Translations under genes and position numbers: made by a program
Notes under the pieces: generated by a model
The model's input: the letters and a program-made list of their open reading frames with translations, nothing else
Told to the model about the DNA's origin: nothing
The model's database searches: none
Source of the DNA: Dehalococcoidia bacterium
Lineage (GTDB): Bacteria > Chloroflexota > Dehalococcoidia > Plut-88900
Assembly: GCA_965249275.1 (NCBI GenBank)
Contig: CBDFLQ010000006.1
Location: 256,001 to 320,000, forward strand
Direction of reading: 5' to 3'
DNA length: 64,000 nucleotides
In this document: piece by piece, positions 45,622-55,485 of the stretch
Position numbering within the stretch: the first letter of the stretch is position 1
Layout of the letters: the number at the start of each line of letters is the position of its first letter

Positions 45622-46704
45622 ATGCAACCCTACCCCTGGCACTACATCCTCCACTCCGACCTCGACGCCTTCTACGCATCCGTCGAGCAGCTCGATAACC
45701 CGCACTACAGGGGTCTCCCCTTAGTGGTAGGCGGTTCACCAACGGTCCGCGGGGTTGTGGCCGCCGCCTCCTACGAGGCCCGCAAATTCGGTATCCGTTC
45801 CGCCATGCCCATGCGCACCGCACTCCGACTCCACCCTCCCGTCATCCGAGTCCCGCCCCGCTTTGACCGCTACCGGGAGCTCTCCGAACAGGTCATGGCC
45901 GTCTACCGGGCCCTCACCCCCCTCGTCGAACCCCTCTCCCTCGACGAAGCCTATATGGACATCAGTGAGCAGGTGCCCCGCGGCTCCGTCCAGCGGACTG
46001 CGGCAGAGTTGAAGTCGGATGTACGAAAGGCCACTGGCCTGCCTGTCACCGTCGGCGGCGGAATCTCCAAGACTGTGGCCAAGATCGCTTCCCAGCTCGG
46101 CAAGCCCGACGGCCTCCTTCTCGTGAGACCCGGCGAGGAAGTGGAGTTCCTTCGACCCTTGGACGTGGGCCTGCTCTGGGGTGTCGGGGAAAAATCCGCC
46201 GAGCTTCTCCGCCGCTATGGCATCGACACCATAGGCGACTTGGCAGACCGTAAGGACGCTTGGTTAAGCCATACCTTCGGGAAGCGCGGCCCTGAGCTTA
46301 AGGAACGAGCCCTTGGCCTCGACCGCGAGCCCGTCGTCCCCTCCCGAGAGACCAAATCCGTCAGTTCGGAGACCACATTCCCCACGGACGTCGGCAGCCG
46401 AGACCGCATGGAGGCCTTCCTCAAAGATCTATCCGACGAGGTGAGCTCCCGACTCAAGAAAGAGGGTCTCCGAGGCAAGACCGTCTCCATTAAGCTCCGA
46501 CTCTCCGATTTCACCACCTTCACCCGCCAGCAGACGTCTCTTACCCCCATCGACGACGCATCCGATATCTTCCGCTCAGCCCGTACTCTCCTGCGTCGGG
46601 AAATGAACCCCGGCCTGGAGTTCCGTCTCTTGGGTGTCGGCGTCTCTGGTTTCCAGGACTTCGGACAGTTGCCCCTCTTCTCCCTCGACGAAGAAGAGTC
46701 TTAA
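45622..46704 (+). CDS. dinB: DNA polymerase IV
   Basis: HSDLDAFYASVE, AASYEAR, SAMP, SLDEAYMD, AKIAS...KPDG, LWGVG. Confidence 0.96.
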   Translation: MQPYPWHYILHSDLDAFYASVEQLDNPHYRGLPLVVGGSPTVRGVVAAASYEARKFGIRSAMPMRTALRLHPPVIRVPPRFDRYRELSEQVMAVYRALTPLVEPLSLDEAYMDISEQVPRGSVQRTAAELKSDVRKATGLPVTVGGGISKTVAKIASQLGKPDGLLLVRPGEEVEFLRPLDVGLLWGVGEKSAELLRRYGIDTIGDLADRKDAWLSHTFGKRGPELKERALGLDREPVVPSRETKSVSSETTFPTDVGSRDRMEAFLKDLSDEVSSRLKKEGLRGKTVSIKLRLSDFTTFTRQQTSLTPIDDASDIFRSARTLLRREMNPGLEFRLLGVGVSGFQDFGQLPLFSLDEEES

Positions 46705-46783
46705 CCCGCTATCCTAATCTCGTTACACCCCCTGCGATATAATCTCATCGTCCCCAACCGCCACCGCAACGGAGGAAACCGCC

Positions 46784-47728
46784 ATGCAGTTTGGATGTAC
46801 CCTTCCCAACAGAGGAGACCTTACCTCAGCCGAGAACCTTAAAGTCATGGCCCAGACCGCCGAGAAAAACGGCTTCGATTCCGTCTGGGTCAGCGACCAC
46901 ATCGTCATCCCAACCGACATCGCACCCCTCTACCCCTACAGCGACTCCGGTGAACTCCCCTTTAACCCAGATTCTCCCTATTGCGAACCGCTAACCACCC
47001 TCGCCTTCCTCTCCGGCGTCACAGGTTCCGTCCGGCTCGGCACCCACGTCCTAGTCCTGCCCTACAGGAACCCGGTGCTAGCCGCCAAGATGATATCCAC
47101 CCTGGACTTCCTTTCCGGCGGAAGGGTAATCCTGGGCATCGGAGCAGGATGGATGGAGGAGGAATTCCAAGCCCTTGACTCCCCTCCCTTCCCAGACCGT
47201 GGCCGAGTCACCGACGAATACTTAGAAATATACCGAGAGCTCTGGACCAACCCCAACCCCGAGTTCAAAGGCGAGTTCGCCCACGCCTCTGGTTACAAAT
47301 TCTCACCCAAGCCTGTCCAGCAGCCAGGGCCACCCATCTGGGTCGGCGGTCACAGCGGTCCCGCCATCCGACGCGCCGCTCGATTCGGAGACGCTTGGCT
47401 CCCAATCGGTCTCCGTGGCACCGCCGGCCTCGAACCCGATGAGCTCAAAAGCAAAATACAGCACCTGGCCTCCCTCACCGAAAAAGCAGGCCGAGACCCG
47501 ACCTCCGTCAAGACCTGCTTCAGCACCGACCTCGGCTTCGATTACGGCCCTGATAGCTCCGAGCGCAGGACTCTCTCTGGCAGCCCAGAGCAGATCGCCC
47601 AGGATATCCGCCGCTACGCAGAGGTGGGGGTAGAGTACTTCCTCTTCTCCTACAGATCAGGTTCTGTGACCGAGGTCCTCGAGTCCATGGAGCAGTTCGC
47701 CACCGAAGTCAGACCCCTCGTAGCTTAA
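46784..47728 (+). CDS. LLM-class (F420-dependent) oxidoreductase
   Basis: GFDSVWVSDH, VLPYRNP, TLD.LSGGR, PKPVQ..PPIWVGG. Confidence 0.92.
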   Translation: MQFGCTLPNRGDLTSAENLKVMAQTAEKNGFDSVWVSDHIVIPTDIAPLYPYSDSGELPFNPDSPYCEPLTTLAFLSGVTGSVRLGTHVLVLPYRNPVLAAKMISTLDFLSGGRVILGIGAGWMEEEFQALDSPPFPDRGRVTDEYLEIYRELWTNPNPEFKGEFAHASGYKFSPKPVQQPGPPIWVGGHSGPAIRRAARFGDAWLPIGLRGTAGLEPDELKSKIQHLASLTEKAGRDPTSVKTCFSTDLGFDYGPDSSERRTLSGSPEQIAQDIRRYAEVGVEYFLFSYRSGSVTEVLESMEQFATEVRPLVA

Positions 47729-47761
47729 CTCCTTCAAATCGACTATCGAGCCTCCAGTAAA

Positions 47762-48394
47762 ATGAATCCCACCCGCTTCGACCTCCAGCGCATCCACACC
47801 GCCAGTAATGTCAAGGAACTCGCCGAGCGATATGACCGCATGGCCGACAACTACGACGATTCCCTGGAAGGGGAGTGGGGCTGGACTTCGCCCGAATACA
47901 CCGCAGAAGTCCTCTCTCGATACGCGTCCCCCACCGCCCGAGTCCTCGACGCTGGCGCCGGTACCGGCCTCGTTGCCCAGGCCCTCTTCAGACGTGGCTA
48001 CCGGAACTTATTCGGTATCGACATGGCCCACGAGATGATGAGGAAAGCCTTGCCAAAGAACGTTTACCAAGGCCTCTACCGCGTGGAGTTGGGCCAACCT
48101 CTGCCCTTCCAATCAGACCAATTCGACGCCGTCATCTCCGTTGGCACTATGGCAATGGGGCATGCCCCGCCCCACTGCCTTGAAGAACTGGTGCGCGTGA
48201 CCCGACCCGGAGGCCACATCGCCTACACCCTCCGACCTGTCGTCTACAAGCACATGGGCTTTGAGAAAGTCCAGGACTTCTTGGAGTCCCGAGGCCAATG
48301 GAAGTTTCTGGAAAAGACCCTCCCCTTCGCCCCGATGCCTAAGAAAGAACCCGACTTCTATTACGAGGTCTGGGTCTACCAGGTCACTCGATAG
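47762..48394 (+). CDS. Class I SAM-dependent methyltransferase
   Basis: VLDAGAGTG, GIDM, FDAVISVG, RVTRPGG. Confidence 0.9.
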   Translation: MNPTRFDLQRIHTASNVKELAERYDRMADNYDDSLEGEWGWTSPEYTAEVLSRYASPTARVLDAGAGTGLVAQALFRRGYRNLFGIDMAHEMMRKALPKNVYQGLYRVELGQPLPFQSDQFDAVISVGTMAMGHAPPHCLEELVRVTRPGGHIAYTLRPVVYKHMGFEKVQDFLESRGQWKFLEKTLPFAPMPKKEPDFYYEVWVYQVTR

Positions 48395-48409
48395 TCCGCC
48401 AGATAGTCC

Positions 48410-50089
48410 TTATCCCGTGACCTTCAGCGTCCTCAACCTGTTAATCGCCGCCGCCAGTTCCTGAGGCCGGAAATACGCCAAATTGCCGGGGAGGGGCCGA
48501 GGCGTCAACGCATCTAACCCCGAATCCTCAATCACCCTCTGCACTTCATCGATGATACCCCTCACATCCGTCCCGCTGGTCCTTACCATTTCTGCCATGG
48601 CCTGACCTATAGCCTCTACCTGCCCGTGCTCCACTAGCTGTTCCACCGCCGTTAGATCGATGTCGCTCTCCCCGTAGGTCAGCATCTTCAACCCCCGAGG
48701 CCGCGTATATGACGACCTCCGGCCCTTCACCGGATTCAAAGATCCCGGTATAGGTCTCCTAGTCAATGATGGCTCGAACGCGCCCGCCTGCGCCCCTTTT
48801 CTCCCTGTCGGGTAGACCCGAGCCACCTCCCGAGCCTCCTGCGTCGAGTCCACCGGCACGTATTCCACCATCGATATCACCGTGTCAGCCGCCTCGAAAT
48901 AGTCCCCCGAGCCCCCCATCACCAGCACTGTCGACACCCCGTGCTCTGTGTACATCTGCCTCACCCGGTCCAGAAATGGCGTTATCGGCTCGTGCCGCCT
49001 CTCTATCAGTGCCTCCATCCTCCGGTCCCGGATCATGAAGTTTGTCGCCGAAGAGTCCTCGTCCAACAGCAATACCCTGCACCCCGACTCCAGCGCCTCG
49101 ATGATGTTAGCCGCTTGGGACGTAGCCCCGCTCGCGTTCAGCGTGCTGAACTTCCTGGTATCAAGGCCGCCCGGTAGCCCCGATATAAACGGCGATATGT
49201 CCACACCCGCCACACTCCGACCATCCTCCGCCCTGATCTTTACCGCCGTAGGGTCCGTCACTACCAGCTCCCGACCGTCCCCCGGCACGTGGTTGTACAC
49301 GCCCCTCTCGAGTGCCCTCAAGAGTGTCGACTTCCCGTGAAACCCACCCCCGACTATCAACGTGACTCCCTTAGGAACCCCCATCCCCACCACCCGACCC
49401 CTATTAGGCAGCGTGAACTCCCGACGTAACGTCTCCGGCGAACGGAACGGAATTCCTCCGTCCAAAGGCCCGGCCTCCGCCCCGCTCTTTCTGGGAAGTA
49501 TGCTGCCATCCGCCACAAACGTCACTAACCCCGCCACGTCCAGCATGCCTCTCAGACTGTCCGCGTCCTCTGCTGCCATCACGTGCCTCGCCACCGCATC
49601 TCCGTCCACATTCACGTACAGTAGTGAAGCGTGCACCGCTGCAGGCAATTGCCTAACCAGAATGTCCTCCGCCTCCCGACCCAGTACCCTCCGCCCCGCC
49701 GCTGGTAGTCCGACCAGGAATCGCACCTCCACCGACTCCTCATCGACCAACACCGCGCTCCGTTCCAACACCTCTTGCCCCGGCAAGGTCGCCGGCCTCA
49801 TCCCCCCATCCCTCGTCGCCACCTTCCTAAGAGCCCCGACCCACGACCTCAATATCCAGTCGCGCAGCGCTATCTCCCGAGACCGAGACTCAAACAGATG
49901 CGCCGGGAACAGAGCCACTCTCTGCGGCACCCTAACATGAACTCTGCTCGGCGAGGCGAACGGGTCCCTTTGCACGTGGTCGATGTTCAGCGTGAACACG
50001 TCGAAAGCGAACCGTTGACCGCTCAGCTCTTTATACGCCCCGTATCCCCGACCATCGATTCCCCTTAATATCTCCCTGAGTCTCTCCAC
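48410..50089 (-). CDS. ABC-class ATPase domain protein
   Basis: DGRGYGAYK, HVQRDPFA, VGGGFHGKSTLL, IRAEDGR, ASGATSQAA, LLDED.SATNFM. Confidence 0.88.
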   Translation of the reverse strand: MERLREILRGIDGRGYGAYKELSGQRFAFDVFTLNIDHVQRDPFASPSRVHVRVPQRVALFPAHLFESRSREIALRDWILRSWVGALRKVATRDGGMRPATLPGQEVLERSAVLVDEESVEVRFLVGLPAAGRRVLGREAEDILVRQLPAAVHASLLYVNVDGDAVARHVMAAEDADSLRGMLDVAGLVTFVADGSILPRKSGAEAGPLDGGIPFRSPETLRREFTLPNRGRVVGMGVPKGVTLIVGGGFHGKSTLLRALERGVYNHVPGDGRELVVTDPTAVKIRAEDGRSVAGVDISPFISGLPGGLDTRKFSTLNASGATSQAANIIEALESGCRVLLLDEDSSATNFMIRDRRMEALIERRHEPITPFLDRVRQMYTEHGVSTVLVMGGSGDYFEAADTVISMVEYVPVDSTQEAREVARVYPTGRKGAQAGAFEPSLTRRPIPGSLNPVKGRRSSYTRPRGLKMLTYGESDIDLTAVEQLVEHGQVEAIGQAMAEMVRTSGTDVRGIIDEVQRVIEDSGLDALTPRPLPGNLAYFRPQELAAAINRLRTLKVTG

Positions 50090-50209
50090 GTATCTCTCCG
50101 GTCCCGTCTTTTATTTCCTGCGATAATGTGAGAAAACTATATCAGCCCCTTCAACACACAGGGGTGATCCCCACTACCCTATTTCTATTGACACCCATAA
50201 GGAGCAAAC

Positions 50210-52804
50210 ATGGCGACCGGCCCCGCCCGACAACTACCCAACTCCGTCCTTCCCGAGAAATACCGCCTTTCCCTCACCCCCGACCTCCAGAACTTCACTT
50301 TCGAGGGCCATGTAGACATCGATGTAAACATAGAAACCCCAGTAACCGACATCGTCCTCAATGCCGCGGAACTTGCACTCCACGAGGCAACTCTTACACA
50401 GGGAGAAACCGTCATACAAGCCCGTTCTATTGCCGTCGATGAAGAAGCCGAAACGGCCACCATTACCCTTGAGTCGGAGGCCGCCCCCGGCCCCGCCACT
50501 CTCTCTATCTCCTACCGCGGCACCCTTAACGACCAGCTAAAGGGTTTCTACCGCAGCCGCTATCAGGACACCAAAGGCAACGAGCAATACCTTGCCACCA
50601 CCCAATTTGAGGCCACCGACGCCCGCCGCGCACTGCCCTGCTGGGACGAACCCGCTCTCAAGGCAACCTTCCAGGTTTCCATGACTGTCCCGTCTAATCT
50701 CACCGCCGTCTCCAATACCCCGGCGACAAGCGAGTCCGACGCGGGCGATGGCCTCAAGACCGTCTCTTTCGCAGAGACTCCTCGCATGTCTACCTATCTC
50801 CTCGCCTTCATCGTCGGCGACCTCGCCAGCGTAGAAGCCACCGCGCCTAACGGCACCCTCATGCGGGTATTCGCTACCCGCGGCAACGAGCATCTCGGCC
50901 AATTCGCCCTCGATACCGCCATTCGTCTCCTGGAGTATTACAACGACTATTTCGGCATTCCCTACCCATTGGAGAAACTCGACCACTTCGCCATCCCCGA
51001 CTTCGCTGCCGGCGCTATGGAAAACTGGGGAGCAATCACCTACCGTGAGGTAGCCCTTCTCTTCGACCCCGAGAACTCCGCCGCCCCCACCCGCCAGCGC
51101 ATCGTCGAGATCATCGCCCACGAAATGGCCCACATGTGGTTCGGTGACCTCGTTACCATGGACTGGTGGGACGACCTCTGGCTCAACGAAAGCTTCGCCT
51201 CCTGGATGGGCAACAAAGCCACCGACGCCCTCTACCCCGAGTGGTCAATGTGGACACAGTTCTTGTATCAGGATATCGGTGAGGGCCTCCGCATTGACGC
51301 TCTTCGCAATTCGCACCCCATTGAGGCCAATGTCAAGGATCCCGGAGAAATCCGGGAAATATTCGACGCCATTTCTTACAGCAAGGGTGCTTCCATTCTC
51401 TGGATGCTTGAGCAGTACCTCGGTGAAGACGCCTTCCGACAAGGGCTCCGCACCTACCTCTCTCGACACATGTACGGCAACGCCCGTGGCGCCGATCTGT
51501 GGCAAGCTATGGAAGACGAGTCTGGTCAGCCCGTCATCTCCCTAATGGATTCCTGGATAAAGCAGACCGGCTTCCCCGTCCTTACCATCGAGACCTCCAC
51601 TGACGGCAAAACCTTGTCCCTTACCCAAGAACGCTTCCTCTACGACCGCCTCGCCGGTCAAGACCCCGGCCCCACCACCTGGAAGGTTCCCGTCAGTGTC
51701 ATCACCTCCAATAGTCCTCCCACCCCACCCGTCCTTATGGAAAGTTCCAGTATTACAATCCCTGGAGGGCCGGAATCCGGTAAGAGTCGTTGGACTAAAG
51801 TTAACCCTGGCCAAACGGGCTTCTACCGAGTCCGCTACTCCCCCGACGCCCTCTCCCCCCTACTCGATGCTGCCTCCTCATTCGAGCTCCCTCCCACCGA
51901 CCGCCTCGGCCTCCAGTCTGACCTCTTTGCCCTCGTACGGGCCGGTATGGAGCCCGCAACCCGATACCTGGACCTCGTCGGCGCCTACAAGGCCGAGACC
52001 GACGCCACCGTTTGGACAGACCTGTCCACCAACCTCCGAGAGCTTGAAGTCCTCCTCGCCGACCACCCATCCCTTGATCAGCTGCGCGCCTTCAATAAGA
52101 CCGTATATGAAGACATCGCGTCGCGGCTTGGCTGGGAAGAGTCCCCCGGCGAAGGCCACCTCGACGCCCTGCTCCGCACGACTGTTTTAGCCCGCGCAGG
52201 CGGCCTCGGCAACGAGTCCGTCTTGGAAGAGGCACGAGACCGCTTTCAGGAATCCTTGCGGGACCCCGCCTCCCTCCGCGCCGACATTAGGGGCGTCGTC
52301 TACTCTCTCGTCGCCTTGGACGCCGACCGCGACCTCTATGACACTCTCTGGGACATGGAAAAGAGGGCTACCCTCCAGGAAGAGAAGCGACGCCTCCTCG
52401 GCGCCGTCTCCCGCCCCAGGGACCCGATTCTCCTGCAAGAGACCCTTGAACGTTCCCTCTCCGACGATGTCCGTTCCCAGGACACCCCACTCGTAATCAT
52501 CAGCGTCGCCGCCAACCGATTCGGTCGGGACCTGACCTGGGACTTCGTCAAGGAGAACTGGTCCGAGTTCGACCGCCGCTACGGCAAGGGCGGCTTCATG
52601 ATCATGCGCCTCGTCTCCATCACTGAAGACTTCAACACAATCGAGAGAGCTGACGAAGTCGAGGCCTTCTTCGAAGCCAACCCAGTTGCCGGCGCCCAGC
52701 GCACCGTTCAACAGTCCCTGGAGAGCATCCGCCTCAACGCCCGATGGCTGGACCTAAACGCCAACCAAATCGCCAACTGGCTAAACACCCACCCCTCCAT
52801 TTAG
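50210..52804 (+). CDS. M1 family aminopeptidase with ERAP1-like C-terminal domain
   Basis: TQFEATDARR, GAMENWG, HEMAH..WLNE, YSKGA. Confidence 0.95.
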   Translation: MATGPARQLPNSVLPEKYRLSLTPDLQNFTFEGHVDIDVNIETPVTDIVLNAAELALHEATLTQGETVIQARSIAVDEEAETATITLESEAAPGPATLSISYRGTLNDQLKGFYRSRYQDTKGNEQYLATTQFEATDARRALPCWDEPALKATFQVSMTVPSNLTAVSNTPATSESDAGDGLKTVSFAETPRMSTYLLAFIVGDLASVEATAPNGTLMRVFATRGNEHLGQFALDTAIRLLEYYNDYFGIPYPLEKLDHFAIPDFAAGAMENWGAITYREVALLFDPENSAAPTRQRIVEIIAHEMAHMWFGDLVTMDWWDDLWLNESFASWMGNKATDALYPEWSMWTQFLYQDIGEGLRIDALRNSHPIEANVKDPGEIREIFDAISYSKGASILWMLEQYLGEDAFRQGLRTYLSRHMYGNARGADLWQAMEDESGQPVISLMDSWIKQTGFPVLTIETSTDGKTLSLTQERFLYDRLAGQDPGPTTWKVPVSVITSNSPPTPPVLMESSSITIPGGPESGKSRWTKVNPGQTGFYRVRYSPDALSPLLDAASSFELPPTDRLGLQSDLFALVRAGMEPATRYLDLVGAYKAETDATVWTDLSTNLRELEVLLADHPSLDQLRAFNKTVYEDIASRLGWEESPGEGHLDALLRTTVLARAGGLGNESVLEEARDRFQESLRDPASLRADIRGVVYSLVALDADRDLYDTLWDMEKRATLQEEKRRLLGAVSRPRDPILLQETLERSLSDDVRSQDTPLVIISVAANRFGRDLTWDFVKENWSEFDRRYGKGGFMIMRLVSITEDFNTIERADEVEAFFEANPVAGAQRTVQQSLESIRLNARWLDLNANQIANWLNTHPSI

Positions 52805-52857
52805 AGCAGTGGTCGTCCTCCGTTCCGTGTGATGACTCTTATCCCCTCTCCCTCGAT

Positions 52858-52960
52858 GGGACCCTTGCATAACCCATTTGGGAGGAACTGGGGCCGCTCA
52901 TGCTGAGACTCTCGAAGTATGAGAGGGGGAGGGAGGAAAGGTGATCTGGATGGCGCCACT
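52858..52960. mobile_element. MITE copy F (right end lost)
   Basis: CCCTCTCCC-TCGAT then GGGACCCTTGCATAAC; core present; right TIR absent. Confidence 0.75.
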
Positions 52961-53026
52961 GGCGTGAGAGGCTAGGGCAGAATACTCGCCAAGGAGAGTG
53001 AGGGTGGAATCCCTACTCTCTTTGAC

Positions 53027-53062
53027 AAAACATGGGAACCTGTTTAGCAGGTTCCCATGTTT
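53027..53062. terminator. Rho-independent terminator
   Basis: AAACATGGGAACCTG/CAGGTTCCCATGTTT between convergent genes. Confidence 0.8.
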
Positions 53063-53104
53063 CCAAATACAAGTTAGGGCGGACGGATCAACCTTATCCT
53101 TGGA

Positions 53105-54076
53105 TCACAAAACTTCCTTCAACCCTTCCTCCAGCTCGTCCAAAGATGCGTAACCCTCGTACTTGGCCTTTATCACTCCATCGCCGTCGATGATGAACAC
53201 CCAGGACTCGTTAAGGTAGTCCTCGGGCTCAGTTAAACCCCAGTCCACCGCCACGGGTGAGTATATCCCCATGTCGAGGCTCGACTGGATTTCTACCGGG
53301 TTGTCGTAGATTTCTACGTGAATAAAGTTGGCCTGCTCTGCATACAGGTTTTTCAATTCAGTAACCGTGTCGACCTGCGGCCCGCACGTCGGTGATGTAC
53401 AGAACCCGGGGCTCGACATCACCACTACAGACGGCATCCCCGATTCTAGTGCCTCCGCTATGGTTAGTTGGTACAGGTCGATATCTGCCCGAGGCCAGGT
53501 CGTTATCTCCGTCAATCCCGCCTCGTCCGTCGCCGTTTTGTTAACCGTGAGAGGCGGCGTAGAGCCAATATTCGGCGTGAAGGTTGCCTCTTTGACCTCT
53601 ATATCCATCACCGCAGAAGCCAAGGTTTCCTCACCCCGAGCCACAACCGCTTCGATTTGCCAGTCGCCCGTCTTGTCGAAAGTCAGCTCCGAGACGTAGT
53701 TCCCCCGGGTCCCGAACGGCCACAAGTGGAACCTCCCCGTCACTTTTTCCACTTCATCCCCGTCGTACAGGCTCCTCACCTGAATCTGGGGCAGCGTCAC
53801 CAGCCCCTCAGAAGTCTGAAGCACGAAGGAAATTCTGTTGGCCCCGACACCCAGGTCTTTGGTTCCCAGCAGCCCTTCCAGGTCCGGGAAAGTAAGCGCG
53901 GCCATTGCCGCTGGGGTTTCCGTGGGGGCCTCCGAAGGGGTCTCGGTGGGGATTGTAATTGGCGTCGCAGTAGCGGGTGTTGTTCCTCCACCACAGGCCT
54001 GCAATGCTAGCAGGCCGGCGGCTAAGGCGAGTACAAGAATGGCCAGTCTCCTGGCCCTTCGAGTCTTCTGACCCAA
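53105..54076 (-). CDS. Lipoprotein with C-terminal thioredoxin-like fold
   Basis: Lipobox LQAC; SPGFCTSPTCGP; FIHVEIY; W.FIIDGDG; probable TTG start at 54076. Confidence 0.75.
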   Translation of the reverse strand: MGQKTRRARRLAILVLALAAGLLALQACGGGTTPATATPITIPTETPSEAPTETPAAMAALTFPDLEGLLGTKDLGVGANRISFVLQTSEGLVTLPQIQVRSLYDGDEVEKVTGRFHLWPFGTRGNYVSELTFDKTGDWQIEAVVARGEETLASAVMDIEVKEATFTPNIGSTPPLTVNKTATDEAGLTEITTWPRADIDLYQLTIAEALESGMPSVVVMSSPGFCTSPTCGPQVDTVTELKNLYAEQANFIHVEIYDNPVEIQSSLDMGIYSPVAVDWGLTEPEDYLNESWVFIIDGDGVIKAKYEGYASLDELEEGLKEVL

Positions 54077-54077
54077 T

Positions 54078-55346
54078 TTAGAAGCCCGTGGCGTAGGATC
54101 CGAACGTGAATGCAAAGACATTGAAGTCCTCCGAATTGGAGCTAAGTTTCAGTTCGTGGCTCCCGTACGCCGGTAACAGTATCAGACTATACAACCTCGG
54201 CTCGTCCACCGTGATCACCGTCATCTCTTCCCCGTTCAGACGCAAGTCTTCGCCCCAAGCTTCCTGTGCTACAGGCTTATCGTCGATGGTTATAACCACG
54301 TCGTATGGGTCTGCACCCTCGGTGTTGATTACGACATTTACAGACGTACCGAAGAACCTGAGGGCTATGTAGTCCTCCAGGTTCTCGGTTGCCCTTCCGT
54401 GCTCAATGCTCTCCGGGCCGTTAATCCAGTGACCCTTCAGGTATAGGTAGTGGTTCCTGTGCTGGCCCGGGTCTTCGTATTCATTTGAGGTGTTAAAGTC
54501 CGTGAAGAAGTACTCGTTGTTGCCGTAATACGGTATCTGCGCTCCCATGTTCCGGTCCGTGCCGGCATACAGCTCCCGAGTCTGGAGAACCCTGCCATCC
54601 TCGTCGAAGGCCCCTTCGTCCAGCTCTGGCCCTGCGTCCCTGTTCGCCTGGATGTCGGACACGTCAGCCCCGATCTCTTCAAGCAGGTCCCGGATCCATT
54701 CTTCAGTCTCGTCATACCGCCCTTCTCCGAAGTGCCTGTAACGGATCACGCCTTCGTGGTCTATCAGGTATTTGGCCGGCCAGTACCGGTTGTTGTACGA
54801 CCGCCACGTCCTGAAGTCGTTGTCCTGGGCCATTCGCCAGCCCAGGTCGTGCTGCTCGACTGCCGCCAAAACGTTGTCGAAGTCCTTCTCGAACTCGAAC
54901 TCCGGCGTGTGAACCCCGACTATGTTTAGGCCCAGGTCGGCATATTTCTCATGCCATTCTCTAAGGTACGGCAGCGTCCTGAGGCAGTTGACGCACGTGT
55001 ACGTCCAAAAGTCGACTAGAACAACCTCTCCCCGAAGGCTGGCCAGCGTGAACTCATCGGTGTTGACCCAGCCGGATATGCCACTCAGGTCAGGCGCGAG
55101 GCTTCCCACCTCACCCGCCACTTCCGAATACACTTTCGGCGTCGGCATCTCCACCGGCTCCGAGGGCGTTGCAGTAGGATCAGTCGTGGCTGTGGTGTCA
55201 GACGTATCCTCTTCGGTTGCTGTAGCGGTATTGTCCTCACCCGCAGGGGCGCGCTCATTTCCGCACGCAACCGCTGTTACTGCCAGAATCAGCAGTACGG
55301 CAACTAGTCCCAGCCCCATCCTCATCAATCGGCGATATTTCCTCAT
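54078..55346 (-). CDS. Redoxin lipoprotein (DipZ-like thioredoxin plus C-terminal domain)
   Basis: Lipobox AVAC; VDFWTYTCVNC; GVHTPEF; NRYWPA; PRLY; AFTFG. Confidence 0.88.
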   Translation of the reverse strand: MRKYRRLMRMGLGLVAVLLILAVTAVACGNERAPAGEDNTATATEEDTSDTTATTDPTATPSEPVEMPTPKVYSEVAGEVGSLAPDLSGISGWVNTDEFTLASLRGEVVLVDFWTYTCVNCLRTLPYLREWHEKYADLGLNIVGVHTPEFEFEKDFDNVLAAVEQHDLGWRMAQDNDFRTWRSYNNRYWPAKYLIDHEGVIRYRHFGEGRYDETEEWIRDLLEEIGADVSDIQANRDAGPELDEGAFDEDGRVLQTRELYAGTDRNMGAQIPYYGNNEYFFTDFNTSNEYEDPGQHRNHYLYLKGHWINGPESIEHGRATENLEDYIALRFFGTSVNVVINTEGADPYDVVITIDDKPVAQEAWGEDLRLNGEEMTVITVDEPRLYSLILLPAYGSHELKLSSNSEDFNVFAFTFGSYATGF

Positions 55347-55485
55347 ACTTGTCCTTTCAATGGTCTACTCGGACGCCCCGTCTTCGGCACGTGCCCTGGT
55401 CTTCAAGTTCTCCACCATACATCATCTTGTCCAGGTTAGATAACGTTCAGGATCGGCAAAGGTAATGTGTCCAATCGCATCTAAC

